A stretch of DNA of 64,000 nt from Bispira polyomma (lineage: Eukaryota). Below, piece by piece: positions 36,247 to 48,990 of the stretch (position 1 is the stretch's first letter; each line of letters opens with the position of its first letter). Location of the stretch: NCBI GenBank assembly GCA_965649765.1, contig OZ287754.1, forward strand, positions 30,504,001-30,568,000, in the 5' to 3' direction. Both the position numbers and the translations under genes were made by a program. The notes beneath the pieces are model-generated. The model did not search any database, was not told where the DNA came from, and saw nothing but the letters and a program-made list of their open reading frames with translations.

Positions 36247-37619
36247 TAGTGATGGAATGAGCAAGGTATGTGTATGGCAAATTGTATGTTTTCATTGGAT
36301 ATTTTCATACTGTTAATTGTTGTAATTATAGGGGTAACCAAACGATATTTGTGCAAATATAAAAATTAACAATGTTTAATTATGAGTTATATTGAGAGTA
36401 ATATTTGAAATATTTGACATGATATTCCTGTTTTTGTAATTGTAGGACCTGGCATGTCACATTCAAATGGAAATCATTAATAGAAACTTTGGTTACATTT
36501 TGAAGAAACATTGATGCCATTTTGAGAATGTCTACCTTATATGTAGTCACTGAAAAGGCCATAATTGCAAAATAATATTTCCCAACTATTACAATTTTGT
36601 TTATTTTACAAATCACAAAGAACATATGTAAACTCTCCTGTCAGTATGTACTTCAGTTCATCAATTCTTTTAAACTGCTACTATTCACCATCTGTCCTTG
36701 AATCCACCAATGAATCTTCCACATTTTTTACCTTAGTCTTCTTTGTTTGATCATGATCGATACAAATGCTTTAACATATTTTATTCCATCTTTATTTCAA
36801 ACATGAATAAGCTTAAGTTTAAACTGCAAACAAATATAAGAAAGGAAGGGCATAAATATGTATGTATATGTACTATTATAAATATATATATATATATTCA
36901 TGGACCTGGGTGTGTGACAAAGGAGTGTAATACATTTTTTTGGTCAAAATGGACATTTTACTCCTCTTATTAAAGACAGAGCAGGGCTGTAATCAAGTAC
37001 AAGTTGCCAAGTACAAGTACTTTGAGTAACTGCAAGTATAAGTACAAGTACTAGTTTCAGAACACAAGTAAAAGTACTTTTCTGTAAGTACAAGTACATT
37101 TTAATTTGCGGGTATGTGATTAGTATTGTGAGTACATGTATTAGAATATAATAGCATCACAGTGTCTTAATTCTAGTCATGTTTGGTCTTACATCATGTT
37201 ATTATTTTCATTATTTTAAGATGTCCACACAACTAGCTCCCAAAGTTTTCAATAAGATAATCCTCTTATTGTCAGCTGCTAATTATGATACCAGTTTATT
37301 TGCACAAGAGATTTTTTTGCTTGGAGCTGAACCTACAGAAATTAACGTTTACCTCTCTTAGATAATATAAACAATGTTAACTTTATGAATAGGTGATTTA
37401 TAACAAACATATAAAATTATTACAATCATTACCTTTAAATGTTTCAGCAGATTTGAAGTCACTGAAATATATATAGTGGGGATTCTTCTGGTGGGGTTAA
37501 TTGTGATTATAACTCTTAATCTTCAACTAATATTAAAGCAGTTCAAAAAGGACTGATTAAAGCAGAATATCCTTTTCATTTATACTTTTATTTCTTTTAA
37601 CTAACTGCTTAATCACATG

Positions 37620-38751
37620 TCAAGGGATATCAATAAAATAAATATTACTGTCAATAGACATGATGAAGAAATTCAAAATTTGAGGTAAGTTTTAGACCAG
37701 CAGTTACAGGATACAATCAGTGTTACAAAGAGACTTGAAAATCAGGAGAAAGAAACACTAAAACAGGATCATCTCACAGCGATGGAATTAGCTCTACTCG
37801 CAGAAAATTCCAGGCTAAAGTATTGCTTTGTTAAAATGGAGGAATACTCACGTAGGAACAACCTCTTGATTTATGGAATCCAAGAAAGACAAGGTGAAAA
37901 CTGCTTTGAAATAATACAACACTTCTTAGCGGATAAAACAGATTCAAGATGGCAACAGAAGGATTATAATATACAATTCACATAGAATAGGACAAAAAAT
38001 AGCCAGAGAATTAGACCAATCATTGTTCAGTTTGCTTCTTTGGCACAAGCAGTAGAAGTATACAAGAAACGAATGATTTTAAAAAACATTTCAGATGCCA
38101 CTGGAGAGAGGCAAGTAACTGCCCAAAACTACTTCATAACTCAAGACTTTTCCAAAGAAATTGTCAGTTGTGCATTGTATTGAAAGTGACCAAAAAGATA
38201 GATCGAAAAGCACACATGTACAGGGACAACTGATCTTCAAGAAGAAGTTGACAGTTGCTACCAGAAAAAAGAAATAGAGATTGAGAAAATTGGTATGCTT
38301 GACCTAAAGGACACTATACTTTTCCATGGTAGATTTTGCCCTTTAAGCAAGTTTGTCCCAACGAACATAATTGTGGATGGCAAACGTTATCGGTATGTCG
38401 AACAGTATTTCCAGACTCAAAAGGCAAGACACTGGGAAATGGGCTCTATCGTGCCAGATTGCTCAGGATCCAGCCAAAATGAGAACCATGGGAAACATTC
38501 TAAACAAAGAATCGTGCCCAAAGGACCTACAAGATGAAGTGATGAAAAAGGCACTTATGGCAAAGTTCCAACAGAACAAGAGTTTAAGTAGTTTTCTTAA
38601 AAATACAGGAAACAAGACTCTGATCGACTCCAACAAGTACGACTCCTATTAAGGAAATGGTTCATCTATTTATGATAGATATGCAAAACATGGGACGGGA
38701 CAAATCAAACTTGGCCTACTATTGAAAGAGGTACGTTTTAGTATAAATTAG
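37620..38751 (+). pseudogene. L1-type ORF1 (coiled coil, RRM, CTD) fused to a C-terminal NADAR/YbiA-like domain
   Basis: ORF1 motifs MEEYSRRNNLLIYGIQE, HRIG, RPIIVQF, FITQDFSKE; NADAR motifs FHGRFCPLSKF, VDGKRYRYVEQYFQTQKA, EVMKKALMAKFQQN, TGNKTLIDSNKYDSY*GNG, GQIKLGLLLKEVR; several frameshifts and stops. Confidence 0.82.
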
Positions 38752-41700
38752 CTTCTTTCCAGGATGATTGATAATTAAATAATTTAAAGTAAGTTCTGAG
38801 CACAGCAAAAGACTGTGCTTAATCTCCCCTTAACAAAGGGGACTCTAAGGCGCACCAGCACAAAAGACAGTTATCCAATTTCCAAAATCAAGGGACAGAA
38901 AAAAGGGTCAGCAACATAGAGCACGCAGGGGGATGATTGAGACTAAGGTGGATATGCTTTAGTGTACAAGTGGGTTATAAGCTTCTTTCTAAAACAGGCT
39001 AGTGAGGGGGAAGCACGAATCACATCAGGAAGACCATTCCAAACAATGGGAGCATCAAAAGCAAAGCTGTGACCAAACTGTTTAACCGACTTTTGAGTAG
39101 ATGGGTGGAACTTCGGAACAACAAGGAAATTACTACCACTCTGACTACGTCTGGTATTGTAGGAACTACTGTAAGTGGAAAGATATGGGGCAAAATACTT
39201 TGGAAACCCAGTGTGGAGAAACTTATAAACAAGTGTGGCTGTCTTAAACACTGAACGCTGTTCAACAGAGAGCCAATACAATTTTTTAAGAACAGGAGTT
39301 ATGCTAGTGTATCGACTGGTGTTTGACACAATTCTAGCTGCACTATTTTGAATGCATTGTAATTTGCGTAAATTAAACTTTGAGAGACTCCTGAAAAGTG
39401 AATTGCAGTAATCCAGTCTACTACTGACAAAAGCATTGGCCACAAGTATAGAAGCATCATAATTGAGAAACCGTCTGACACGTCTAAAGTCACGGAGTTG
39501 CATAAAACAGCTTTTGCAGACACTCTGAACGTGTTCAGAGAAAGTAAAGTCACAGTCAAACCATACACCCAGGTTCTTCACAGAATTAGCTTGACTGAAA
39601 GGGCTACCCAGGATGTCAACTGGAAACAATGCTTTCAACTTATCCCTCTGTTGTTTTGAGCCAAAGATTATGAACTCAGTCTTGTCGGAATTAAGTTTGA
39701 GTTTACCAGTTGACATCCACTCTTTCACATTGTCAAGGCACCTGTTCAACTGTTCAAAGGCAGTAGATGTGTTTTTATGGGATAGGTGCACATAAATTTG
39801 GGTATCATCTGCATAAAAATTAAACTTTATTCCTGTGTATTTGCCAATAACCAATCTGAGAGGGGTAGTGTATCATGAGAACAACAGAGGGCCCAAAACA
39901 GAACCTTGAGGAACACCAAACAAGAGTTTACAAAGATCGGACAGAGTAGAGCCAATTTTTATCGACTGATAACGATCACTTAAGTAGGAAGTGAACCATT
40001 TAAGAACAGAGCCCCTAACTCCAAACCAAGTCTGAAGACAACTGAGAAGCGTGGAATGATCAATGGTGTCAAAGGCAGCAGAGAGGTCGAGCAATACCAG
40101 GGCAGTAGGTTCCCCTCTTGACAAAGATAGGTGAACTTCATTATTTATAGACAGAAGAGCTGTCTCAGTCGAATGACCAGTTTTGTACGCAGACTGGTAT
40201 GGGTTGTCTAAGTCATGGACAAAGATGTGATCTAACAGTTGCCTAGCAACCACGCGTTCAACCAGTTTTGATATGAAACTAAGACCAGATACAGGGCGTT
40301 AATTCTTCAGGTCATCAACTGGAAGAGAAGCCTTCTTAATAAGAGGAGTAACCACAGCTATTTTAAAACCATCTGGTACATGTCTCTCCGTAAGTGAGCA
40401 GTTTACAAGCTTTGTAATGGATGGTAGTAATATTTCACTACATTCTTTAATAAGAGATGTTGGACATGGATCCAACATGCAGGATTTTGTAGGCGAGTTA
40501 CTTATTATTTTACTAACATCATCTTCAGAGACTCTGGTAAAGGCAGTAATTTCTGGGGGATCAGAAAGAGGATGAACATCAATTTTAGTTCCAGAGACAG
40601 CAAAAGTATTTCTAATTCTCTTAATTTTGTCCGAAAAAAGGAAGCAAACTTATCAGCTAGTGATTTATCAGAATCATGGGACGGGAGTACCACATTGGTA
40701 TCCATATTAAGGGTCTTGCGCAGTTCGTGCCACAGCTTCCTGGAGTTGTGACTGTTGTCAGAGATAAGTTTGCTGTAATACACCGACTTATCCTTGTTAA
40801 CAAGTACATTGCACCGAGCAATCTGGCGACGTAGTCGACTTCTATTTAATGGATTCTTGGCCCTTCGCCAAGTTCTTTCATATTGGCACCTGAGAGATTT
40901 TGCCCGTCGGTAAGAATCAGAGAGCCAATGCACAGAATCTTTCTTTGACATTCTGGATACAAGTGGTGCATGTTTATCTAGTACATCACCCAAGTCATGT
41001 ATGTATTGTTCATAAAGTTTGGCTACAGAATTGGCAGGTGACTTAATAAAGGAAGTACTCTCAAGATCAGTACGGAGGTCAGACATGTTAATACGGTGGT
41101 ACCTCCTATAATGCACTGTATTAGGAATATGGACCAACTGTGGGGGAGAGGCAATTGAGCATTTGACTAATGCATGATCCGATATGAAATCACAGACTTT
41201 GACATCCACAATAGCATCCTGATCACAAGGAGATAAAATAAGGTCCAGAATGTGACCATGCAGATGGGTAGGTTGTCTAACTGACTGTTTTAACTCGCAT
41301 GAATCAAGAAAGGTCATAAATTCATAACCATCACCAACTGGTGCATCAACATGGATGTTAAAGTCACCACAGATATGATATGAACTGTTAATGGAAGACA
41401 AGAAACCAACAAAAGACATAAATTCTTCTAAAAAATTACAAGTACATGATCCTGGGGGGCAATAGACGCAGGCAAGCAACAGTGAGCGGCCATGAAGCCC
41501 AAATGACACCACCATATTTCAAAGGACTGATAGACAGGAGAATCTTATGTGGTTTGTAGGAGGATCTGATGAAGAAACCAACACCGCCACCAATACGTGA
41601 GGGACGAGGTGTTTGAGGAAACACAAAATCTGGAGGAGTAACAGACCGTAGGAAGCTATCCGTATCAGATAGACGGACATGGGTCTCAGTAACACAAAGG

Positions 41701-41786
41701 AAGTTGAGGTCGTGCGATGTCACAATATCGGCAAGGAGTGGACCCTTGTTGCTCACGGATCTAGCATTTAACACCCCGAGCATGAC

Positions 41787-41837
41787 AGGACCAGGGTTAA
41801 GGGACACATCACTGGCGAGTAAAAGTAACAAGACAAG
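41787..41837 (-). other. 2A-like (StopGo) peptide LVLLLLLASDVSLNPG/P
   Basis: Leu-rich tract plus DxxxNPGP immediately before the APE domain; departs from canonical D(V/I)ExNPGP at the E position. Confidence 0.7.
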
Positions 41838-42024
41838 ACCTCTTCCATTAATGGTGGTAGGAAATTCACGACAAGAACAAGTGAATGAAAAATTTTTTGC
41901 AACTTTAGCCAATGAGGTTGCTGATGTATGAGGAACACTGTGATGCAACAACTCATACCTATGAGCCATAGCCACAGCAAATAGTGCTGAAAAAAGGACA
42001 ACCCGAAGCAGAAGCATGACTAGT

Positions 42025-42630
42025 GAGGTTGTAGAAAAAGAAGCCCTTAAACTGAACTCAACAGTGGGGAGCCTCAGAAAGCTTGTCCCTACAACTCACC
42101 GTACAATTCTTCGTCCCGTGGGCGATAATTGGGTATTGGGTATTATAGTTTTGTAGCTAAATTCACAACATAAAACAGCAAAACTACTCAAATTTAATGT
42201 AAAAAGGGTAGAAAAAACATAAATACCAGAGGTATATGAGGTTGTAGAAAAAGAAGAAGCCCTTAAACTGAACTCAACAGTGGGGAGCCTCAGAAAGCTT
42301 GTCCCTACAACTCACCGTACAATTCTTCGTCCCGTGGGCGATAATTGGGTATTGGGTATTATAGTTTTGTAGCTAAATTCACAACATAAAACAGCAAAAC
42401 TACTCAAATTTAATGTAAAAAGGGTAGAAAAAGCATAAATACCAACAAATAACCGTGCAGATGTAGGTCTTATTACAAAATATCATAGTAAAGTACGGCC
42501 CATTCCCGCCAAACGAAGTGGGCGATAATCGGGTATTATAGTTTTCTACCTAACTTCACAACATAAAACAGCAAAATTACTCAAATTTAATGTAAAAAGG
42601 GTAGAAAAGAAAACAAAAATAGTAACAAAT
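42025..42630. repeat. Tandem repeats of about 210 bp at the LINE 5' end (2 full copies and 1 partial)
   Basis: 42025-42228 and 42237-42444 nearly identical; partial copy at 42518-42630. Confidence 0.88.
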
Positions 42631-43156
42631 AAACGTAGAGATTTAGCCATAAACGACAATCATTTACAAAATTTTATGGTATTATTTTTTTTTCCATAGC
42701 GGTCTTCCCCCGGTACACGCTACAACCCTGTACTAACTATATGATAAAGTGAACAGTCTGAGTTAGTGTGACTTTATGACATTGAAGCTAGTGTGCTTAT
42801 GTAGTGAGGGTAACAAACTGTGTTATTGTTATTTGAGACAAAGTAGATTCAATTGTGTAGAGTTAAAATACTGCACAGGACATATAATACACATACAAAC
42901 TCTTGCTTTTGGTTTTATATATATAGATATATGTACACGAGATATTAATATACGAGTACAATAAACTCAGTTTCTCTATTGGTATATAAGGGGAAAAAAC
43001 TGACAATATATATTTGCAGATTTTTAATTGGAAACAATAAATATCAGAACTTTTAGATTAATTTATTACGAGGGTTATATTACAGAAATGACTTTTTCAG
43101 TAGATGTTAAAATATAGATGGTTTAGTTCTTTTTGGTTTAGAGTCTTATGGGCCAG

Positions 43157-43623
43157 TCCCACCGGATGTACGTTAGGATATGTAAGTCACGCATGGCCTT
43201 GTAAAATATTTGATGCAAAACGTCATGCAAAACTAGAAATTAGGAATTTTCTCCATGTTGAAGGGGTCAACAAACGCTGAAATTCATGTATTAGTACGTC
43301 AAAAGCTGTTAAGTCTCGCAGGGGATGCATAAGTTCATGTCAAAGTAAGTATTTTAGCCCTGGTATGACAAGTATGAGAACGCCAGTACACTTAAAAGGA
43401 CGTCATAATGACGCACATTTACACACTGTGACGCATATCCACGTTTCAGTACGTCATACTTATTGCATCTCTTGTGTGTCGGTTTGAAATTATTAATTTT
43501 GTGCGTGTCATCTCTCACGCCAGCTTATGTATGTTTATGTATGGTATGTCAGTTCCCGCAAATAATACGCAAAACCTACGCAAATTAATTTTCAAACGAC
43601 AGCAAACGTGACGGCCGGTGGGA
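43157..43623. mobile_element. MITE in the L1 inter-ORF spacer
   Basis: Inverted ends TCCCACCGG and CCGGTGGGA flanked by direct CCAG; CpG-rich interior. Confidence 0.65.
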
Positions 43624-44353
43624 CCAGGACATAAGGTGATACACGTTGGCCAGTTATGATTAATGGTCAGTTTTCTCTGTACATATGTGATGGTCTTGTT
43701 TAAAGAGTTCGGTTCTGTCAGTTACTACCCTTCAAGAAGTAAATTTGCAGCAAATATATGTGTGTTTTTGTCTTTTATTTTAATAACTAAATGTTCCATG
43801 TTCTCATAAGCAGGTAACAATTAGTAGATAAGATGACACAGAATATTTTTATTTTATTATGGGTTAATCCCATCTAGCAAACAATTCCAAATATTTGAAT
43901 TTTTTCTTTTTTACTCATGCAGACTTTGCATTTATCCTTTTTTTATATGGTCTTCAAATATGTGGAGGGCCAAGGCAGTGCACAAAGAGGGTGGTGCTCT
44001 ATTAATAGTGTGCAGTATGTGGTGTGTATTGACACTATTCCCCTGTTAGCTTATGGTATACAGCATTTTAAAGGGTTTGTTTGGGCTCGGTCATATAAAA
44101 GGCCTAGTGTGTTTGATTAAAAATATAGGGGCTCTCCCTGCTATTAGGTGTTTTCATTTAACTAATGTTATTCTGAATGTAGGGTTCATGTTAATTAAAA
44201 CTTGTAAATTGGTGATGCTGTTTGTTGTTAAAAATACACTGTGCTGGGGTACCTCTTTTTGTGGAAGCAAGATCTTATATATGTGAGGTTATATCAGGTT
44301 AAAAAGCTATGGGTTGGGAAACATATTATTGACATATGTTCAATTTTAACAAT

Positions 44354-47300
44354 ATGGGGGATTCTCTGAAAATCTTAAGTATGAATGTCATAGGGCTGAC
44401 AGCTAGGAAAAAAAGAACTGATGTCTTTAAATGTCTAAAAAAAAAAGAAAATGTCAATTTACTGTCTAATAGATATACATATAAGTACACAAAATCATAA
44501 CATGTTTGCACAAGACTGGGGTAATGAGTGCATCATAAGCTTGGTCTCCTCTGAAAGCAGGGGCGTATCTATCTTATTGGCAATAATCTTGAATATAAAA
44601 TTTAAGTGGAAAAGGACGATGTTGGTAATTTATTAATGGTCAAACTCTGTATATCTCAAAAATATACCATTGTCATAGTAGTCTTATATGGTCCAAATAG
44701 AGATAATCCTGGGTTCTATGAGAACATTACAAAAACTTTAGTAGATAAAGAAAAACTCTAACTAATTATGTGTGGGGACTGGAATCTAGTACAGAATTTG
44801 AGTTGGACACCCATTTATATCTCAGGGAAAATAATACTAAAAAGTCCAGGAAATGCAAGTGGCTTCAGATTTAGAGGATGTATAAAGAATAAATAATGAA
44901 AAAATCAAAAAATCTACTTGGTTCAGCAGTAAAGCCCCCAGGTAAATGGCTAAATTGGATTATTTATTGATAAGCCGTGACTTTCACTTCAAACTGAAAA
45001 AACTGCTATATCACACGGGTACAGAACTGATTACCCGGACACTGAAGCTTAAATTAAACCCGGACAAGACTGAGTTTTTACTATTCGGATCAAGAGCACA
45101 GGCTGATAAATTTAAGGATTTCTTCCCAGTCAATATTTTAGGAAACATGGTTTACCCTGCAAGTGCTGTCAAGAACCTGGGGGTGTGGTTTGAATCTACA
45201 TTTTGCTTCTCCAAACAAGTTCATGAAGTTTGCAAGTATTGCTTCATCCAAATGAGGGATCTAAGAATTTGTCAGCCAGTACTGCTACTATAGTCGCAAA
45301 TGCCCTGGTTACAAGTCGTCTTGACTACTGTAATTGTCTTTATAGAAGTTTATCCAAGGCTGACATCCGTAAGTTGCAATGCATCCAAAACTCATTAGCC
45401 AGACTGGTGGCCAACCATTCCAAGTACTGTGTTACTCCGATCTTAAGAAGTCTCCACTGGAAGTTTATCCGAGGCTAACATCCGTAAGTTGCAATGCATC
45501 CAAAACTCATTAGCCAGATTGGTGGCCAACCATTCTAAGTACTGTGTTACTCCGGTCTTAAGAAGTCTCCACTGGTTACCCATTGAGTTTAGATGTATGT
45601 TCAAAACAGCGACCTTAGTCTACAAATTCTTAAATTATGGCCTTCCAGCATACTGGAATCCATACCTCACACTTTACACATGCAGTCATATTACCAGAAG
45701 GAGCAGACCGGAAAAAGTTACCTGACTGTTCCAAGATTTATCTCAGCAGTACACAAATCAAAACATCAGTTTAGCAACAGTTTTGCCCATGATGCTCCAA
45801 CACTTTGGAATGAATTACCTGCCGAAATTTGTTGTGCAACCTCACTTACATCCTTTAGAAAAAAACTTAAAACCTACTTATTCGACAAGGCTTTTCCACC
45901 ATAGCCCTAAATTCACCCAGCGTCTCCATGGTGCTGACCCATGCTTGTCCAACGGAAATGCAAATTGAATAAGGATACTGTCCTGCACCTTAGAATCCCC
46001 TAAGAAGGAGAGATTAAGCGCTATAAAAGTTACATTGGATTAGATTACTCTCCTTTGTTTTTAGAACTAGAATTGTTTGAGACATATCGTGGTAAGGGGT
46101 TCTGGATACAATATGAATAAAAATAAGAATAATAATAAGAATTCAATACTCACCTTTTATATGATAAGGAATATATTCATGTTGTCAAACAAGAAATTTA
46201 TAATACTATAGAGCAATACAGGAAGAATGAATATGTTAATGACAGGGTTGGAAAATTTTCAGTGAACGATCAACTATTTTTTGTATTGTTGAAACTAAAT
46301 ATTAGGGGTCAAACTATTGCCTATAGTTCAGCAAAATCTAAGTGTAATAAAGACAGAAAATTAAAAACTGAACAGAAAATTACAGAATTGGAAAAATACG
46401 TATAGAGTCTTGTCATACAAATAAAGAGGATACAGTAATTAAGTTACAAGGTGAATTAGAGATAGCTAAGTCAGATTTAAGAGTAATTTGGGAGCCCAAA
46501 TTAAAGGCATCAATTTTAAAATCCAAAACTCAATACTATGAAGAAGGGGAAAAACCAACAAACTTCTTTTGTAATCTGGAGAAAAGAAACTATATTAGTA
46601 AAGTCATAAATAAATTAAACGTTAATGGAAAAATCATTGTGAAACCCTCTGAAATGCTCTCAGAACAGAAGCATTATCATAAAAAAATCTAAAGTTCAAA
46701 AATTTCCAGTAGTGAGACAAGTAGTGCTAAAACATAATAATACAGTAAAATTAGATGAATTTGAAAAAAAATTGTGCAAAGGTCAAATCATTAACAATGA
46801 GGTCAGGGAAGTAATAAAAAGTATGAAGAATAATAAAACTTTCGGGTCTGATGGTTTCCCTGTGGAGTTTTACAAATAATTTTGCGAAAGACATTGGTAA
46901 CTTTTTAATAAACAGCTTTAACCAATCTTTTATAAAAGGTTAATTGTCCATCACGCAAAAACAAGGTATCATCACGTGTCTACCTAAGGGAAACAAGCCC
47001 AAGGAATTTTGAAAAACAAAAGGCCAATTTTACTCTTAAATATAGATTACAAAATCCTGTCAGTTCTACCTAAAGTAAGATTGGTTTACGATATCATGTC
47101 TGAACTTGATTTGTCACATAGAAAAGGTCTTATTTTGTTACTGGATTTTGAAAAAGTCTTCGACTCCCTAGAGTGAAAATATATAAATAAAGTTCTCAGA
47201 GTATACATTTTTGGAGAAAATTTCATAAGATGGTTTAAAACTCTCTACCTTAATTCATGCAGCTGTGTCATTAACAATAGCCACTTCTCATATTTTTTTA

Positions 47301-48990
47301 AATTAGCAAGAGGTTGTAGACAGGGTGACCCTCTTAGTCCCTACATTTTGATATTGGCCATAGAACTTCTAGCCGTGGAGATTAAATTGAATAAGGAGGT
47401 AAAAGGTATAAAATTGGGAGACAAAACTTTTAAGCTAGGGCAATATGCAGATGATTGTTTGTTTCAAGATGGGTCAGAAAACTCTCTGACAAAAAGTCTT
47501 CTAATTTTTAGTGCGTTCTACTTGTGCTCTGGCTTAAAATTAAATTATGACAAAACTATAGTATTGTGGTTCGGTATTTATAAATCCTCAACACAGACAC
47601 TGTGCAGGGATTTGGAACTTAAATGGGAAAATAGTTTTACACTACTTGGCATTGATTTCAGTGGTCACCTCGGCCTCATGATAAATCAAAATTACAACTT
47701 AAAATTCTGGTAATATAAAATACTTTGAATGGAAATAGAAAGAATAACTTGGAAATAATAATTGGAAAATAACTGTGTTGAAGTCCCTTATTATTATCCC
47801 AAATTGGTATATCTTATGAAAGTTCTGCCTACACCTACTCAGGAATTTTTTCAGAACATTGGGGAAATATTTAAAAATTTTATCTGGAATTATATAAAAT
47901 CAAGAATAGTACTCCCCCAACTTGACAAAGACATTCCAGATGGTGGTCTAAAGTTAACAAATCCTGGCTTCTTGAATTCAGACCTAAAATATCATGGATT
48001 TCAACCTTGATGAAAAATGATGGCGACTGGCAATACATATTTACAAATACTGCAACATCTAAAAAAAAGGACATTTGGCTATTAGATATTTATTCTTTAA
48101 GAAAATTTAGAGATAATGTCAATAACGCCTTTTGGAGAGATGTTTTAAACTCCTGGATTACATATAAAGGATATTTTATTGATGAATTGATATAAGAACA
48201 TATTCAATTTGGAATTCCTTTTTTTAAAGAATAGTAATATTCTGCACAGAAAAGAAGAACTCCAGTATAAGGGCATAAATTTCATTAATCATCAGTTAGA
48301 AAGGTCGGGAGATATCATGGGTTATGAGGTTTTTGTAAATACATTTGGAATATGTTTGAATTTTGTGAATTTCTATTCACTGATGCATTCAATTCCTAGA
48401 TCATGGAAGGCCATTTTATATGAACATAAATACAAAATAAAAGAAGGTCAAATTAGTCAACCAGTTCTAGAACAACTACTGGTAATGCCCAAAGTGTGCA
48501 AAGAAACATAATGGAAACTGATTGAGGCATCAGAAGTAAGGAGAAAGCACATCACCAAGTGGTCTGAATATCTCCTTGTTCAAATTACCAAAGAAGAAAT
48601 GGCAAAATATTTTGTCCTCAATTTTCAATCTACTATTGTAAGCAAGATGAGGAGTTACCAATACAAAATTTTACAGTGAATTTTAACAACAAATAAATTT
48701 CTAAATATTTGTAAAATAAAAGAAGAGAATGATATTTTTCAATAGTTGTTATTGTTATTGTTGTAGTTGTAGTTCTTCCTTTATCGGATAATGAAAATCT
48801 TGTTAATCAATTGATTAATTTAATCAAACATTATATCTATGTAATTAAATGTTGTGAAAAAAATCAATGTGTGGCTGGGGCTTTAGGTAAAATTAAGGAA
48901 ACTTATAAAATAGAACAGAACATCACAATTCAATATAATAAACTGGAAGATTTTATTATAAAAAATGGGGTCCAATAGTACAATTAATTA
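44354..48990 (+). pseudogene. L1/Tx1 ORF2 remnant (APE endonuclease, RT, C-terminal region)
   Basis: MGDSLKILSMNV, SRGVSIL, LYGPN, CGDWN, LDYLLIS, DFEKVFDSL, GCRQGDPLSP, QYADD, SGLKLNYDKT; many stops and frameshifts. Confidence 0.9.
45035..46042 (+). mobile_element. 5'-truncated L2/CR1-group LINE inserted into the L1 endonuclease
   Basis: LKLNPDKTEF...KTYLFDKAFPP, 3' GATTAAGCGCTATAAAAG; flanked by GATTAC (45029-45034, 46043-46048); internal tandem duplication of about 115 bp. Confidence 0.88.

Larger units (their letters stand above)
38817..42660 (-). mobile_element. Near full-length L2/CR1-group LINE (APE endonuclease plus RT) with a few frameshifts
   Basis: LNARSV, CVTETH, GGGVG, CGDFNIH, SDH; QSAY..GHSTETAL, LLDLSAAFDTIDH, GVPQGSVLGP, FYADDTQIY; 3' hairpin; tandem 5' repeats at 42025-42630; 5' limit approximate. 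Confidence 0.92.

Noticed and set aside
38295-38751. NADAR segment as bacterial contamination or a stand-alone host ybiA gene
   Set aside because: It is continuous with L1 ORF1 motifs, equally decayed, AT-rich like its surroundings and embedded in animal repeats.
38650-48680. APOBEC-like G-to-A editing of the L1 (TGG to TAA or TGA stops)
   Set aside because: Only two such stops were noted among many other lesion types; this cannot be separated from neutral decay without a consensus.
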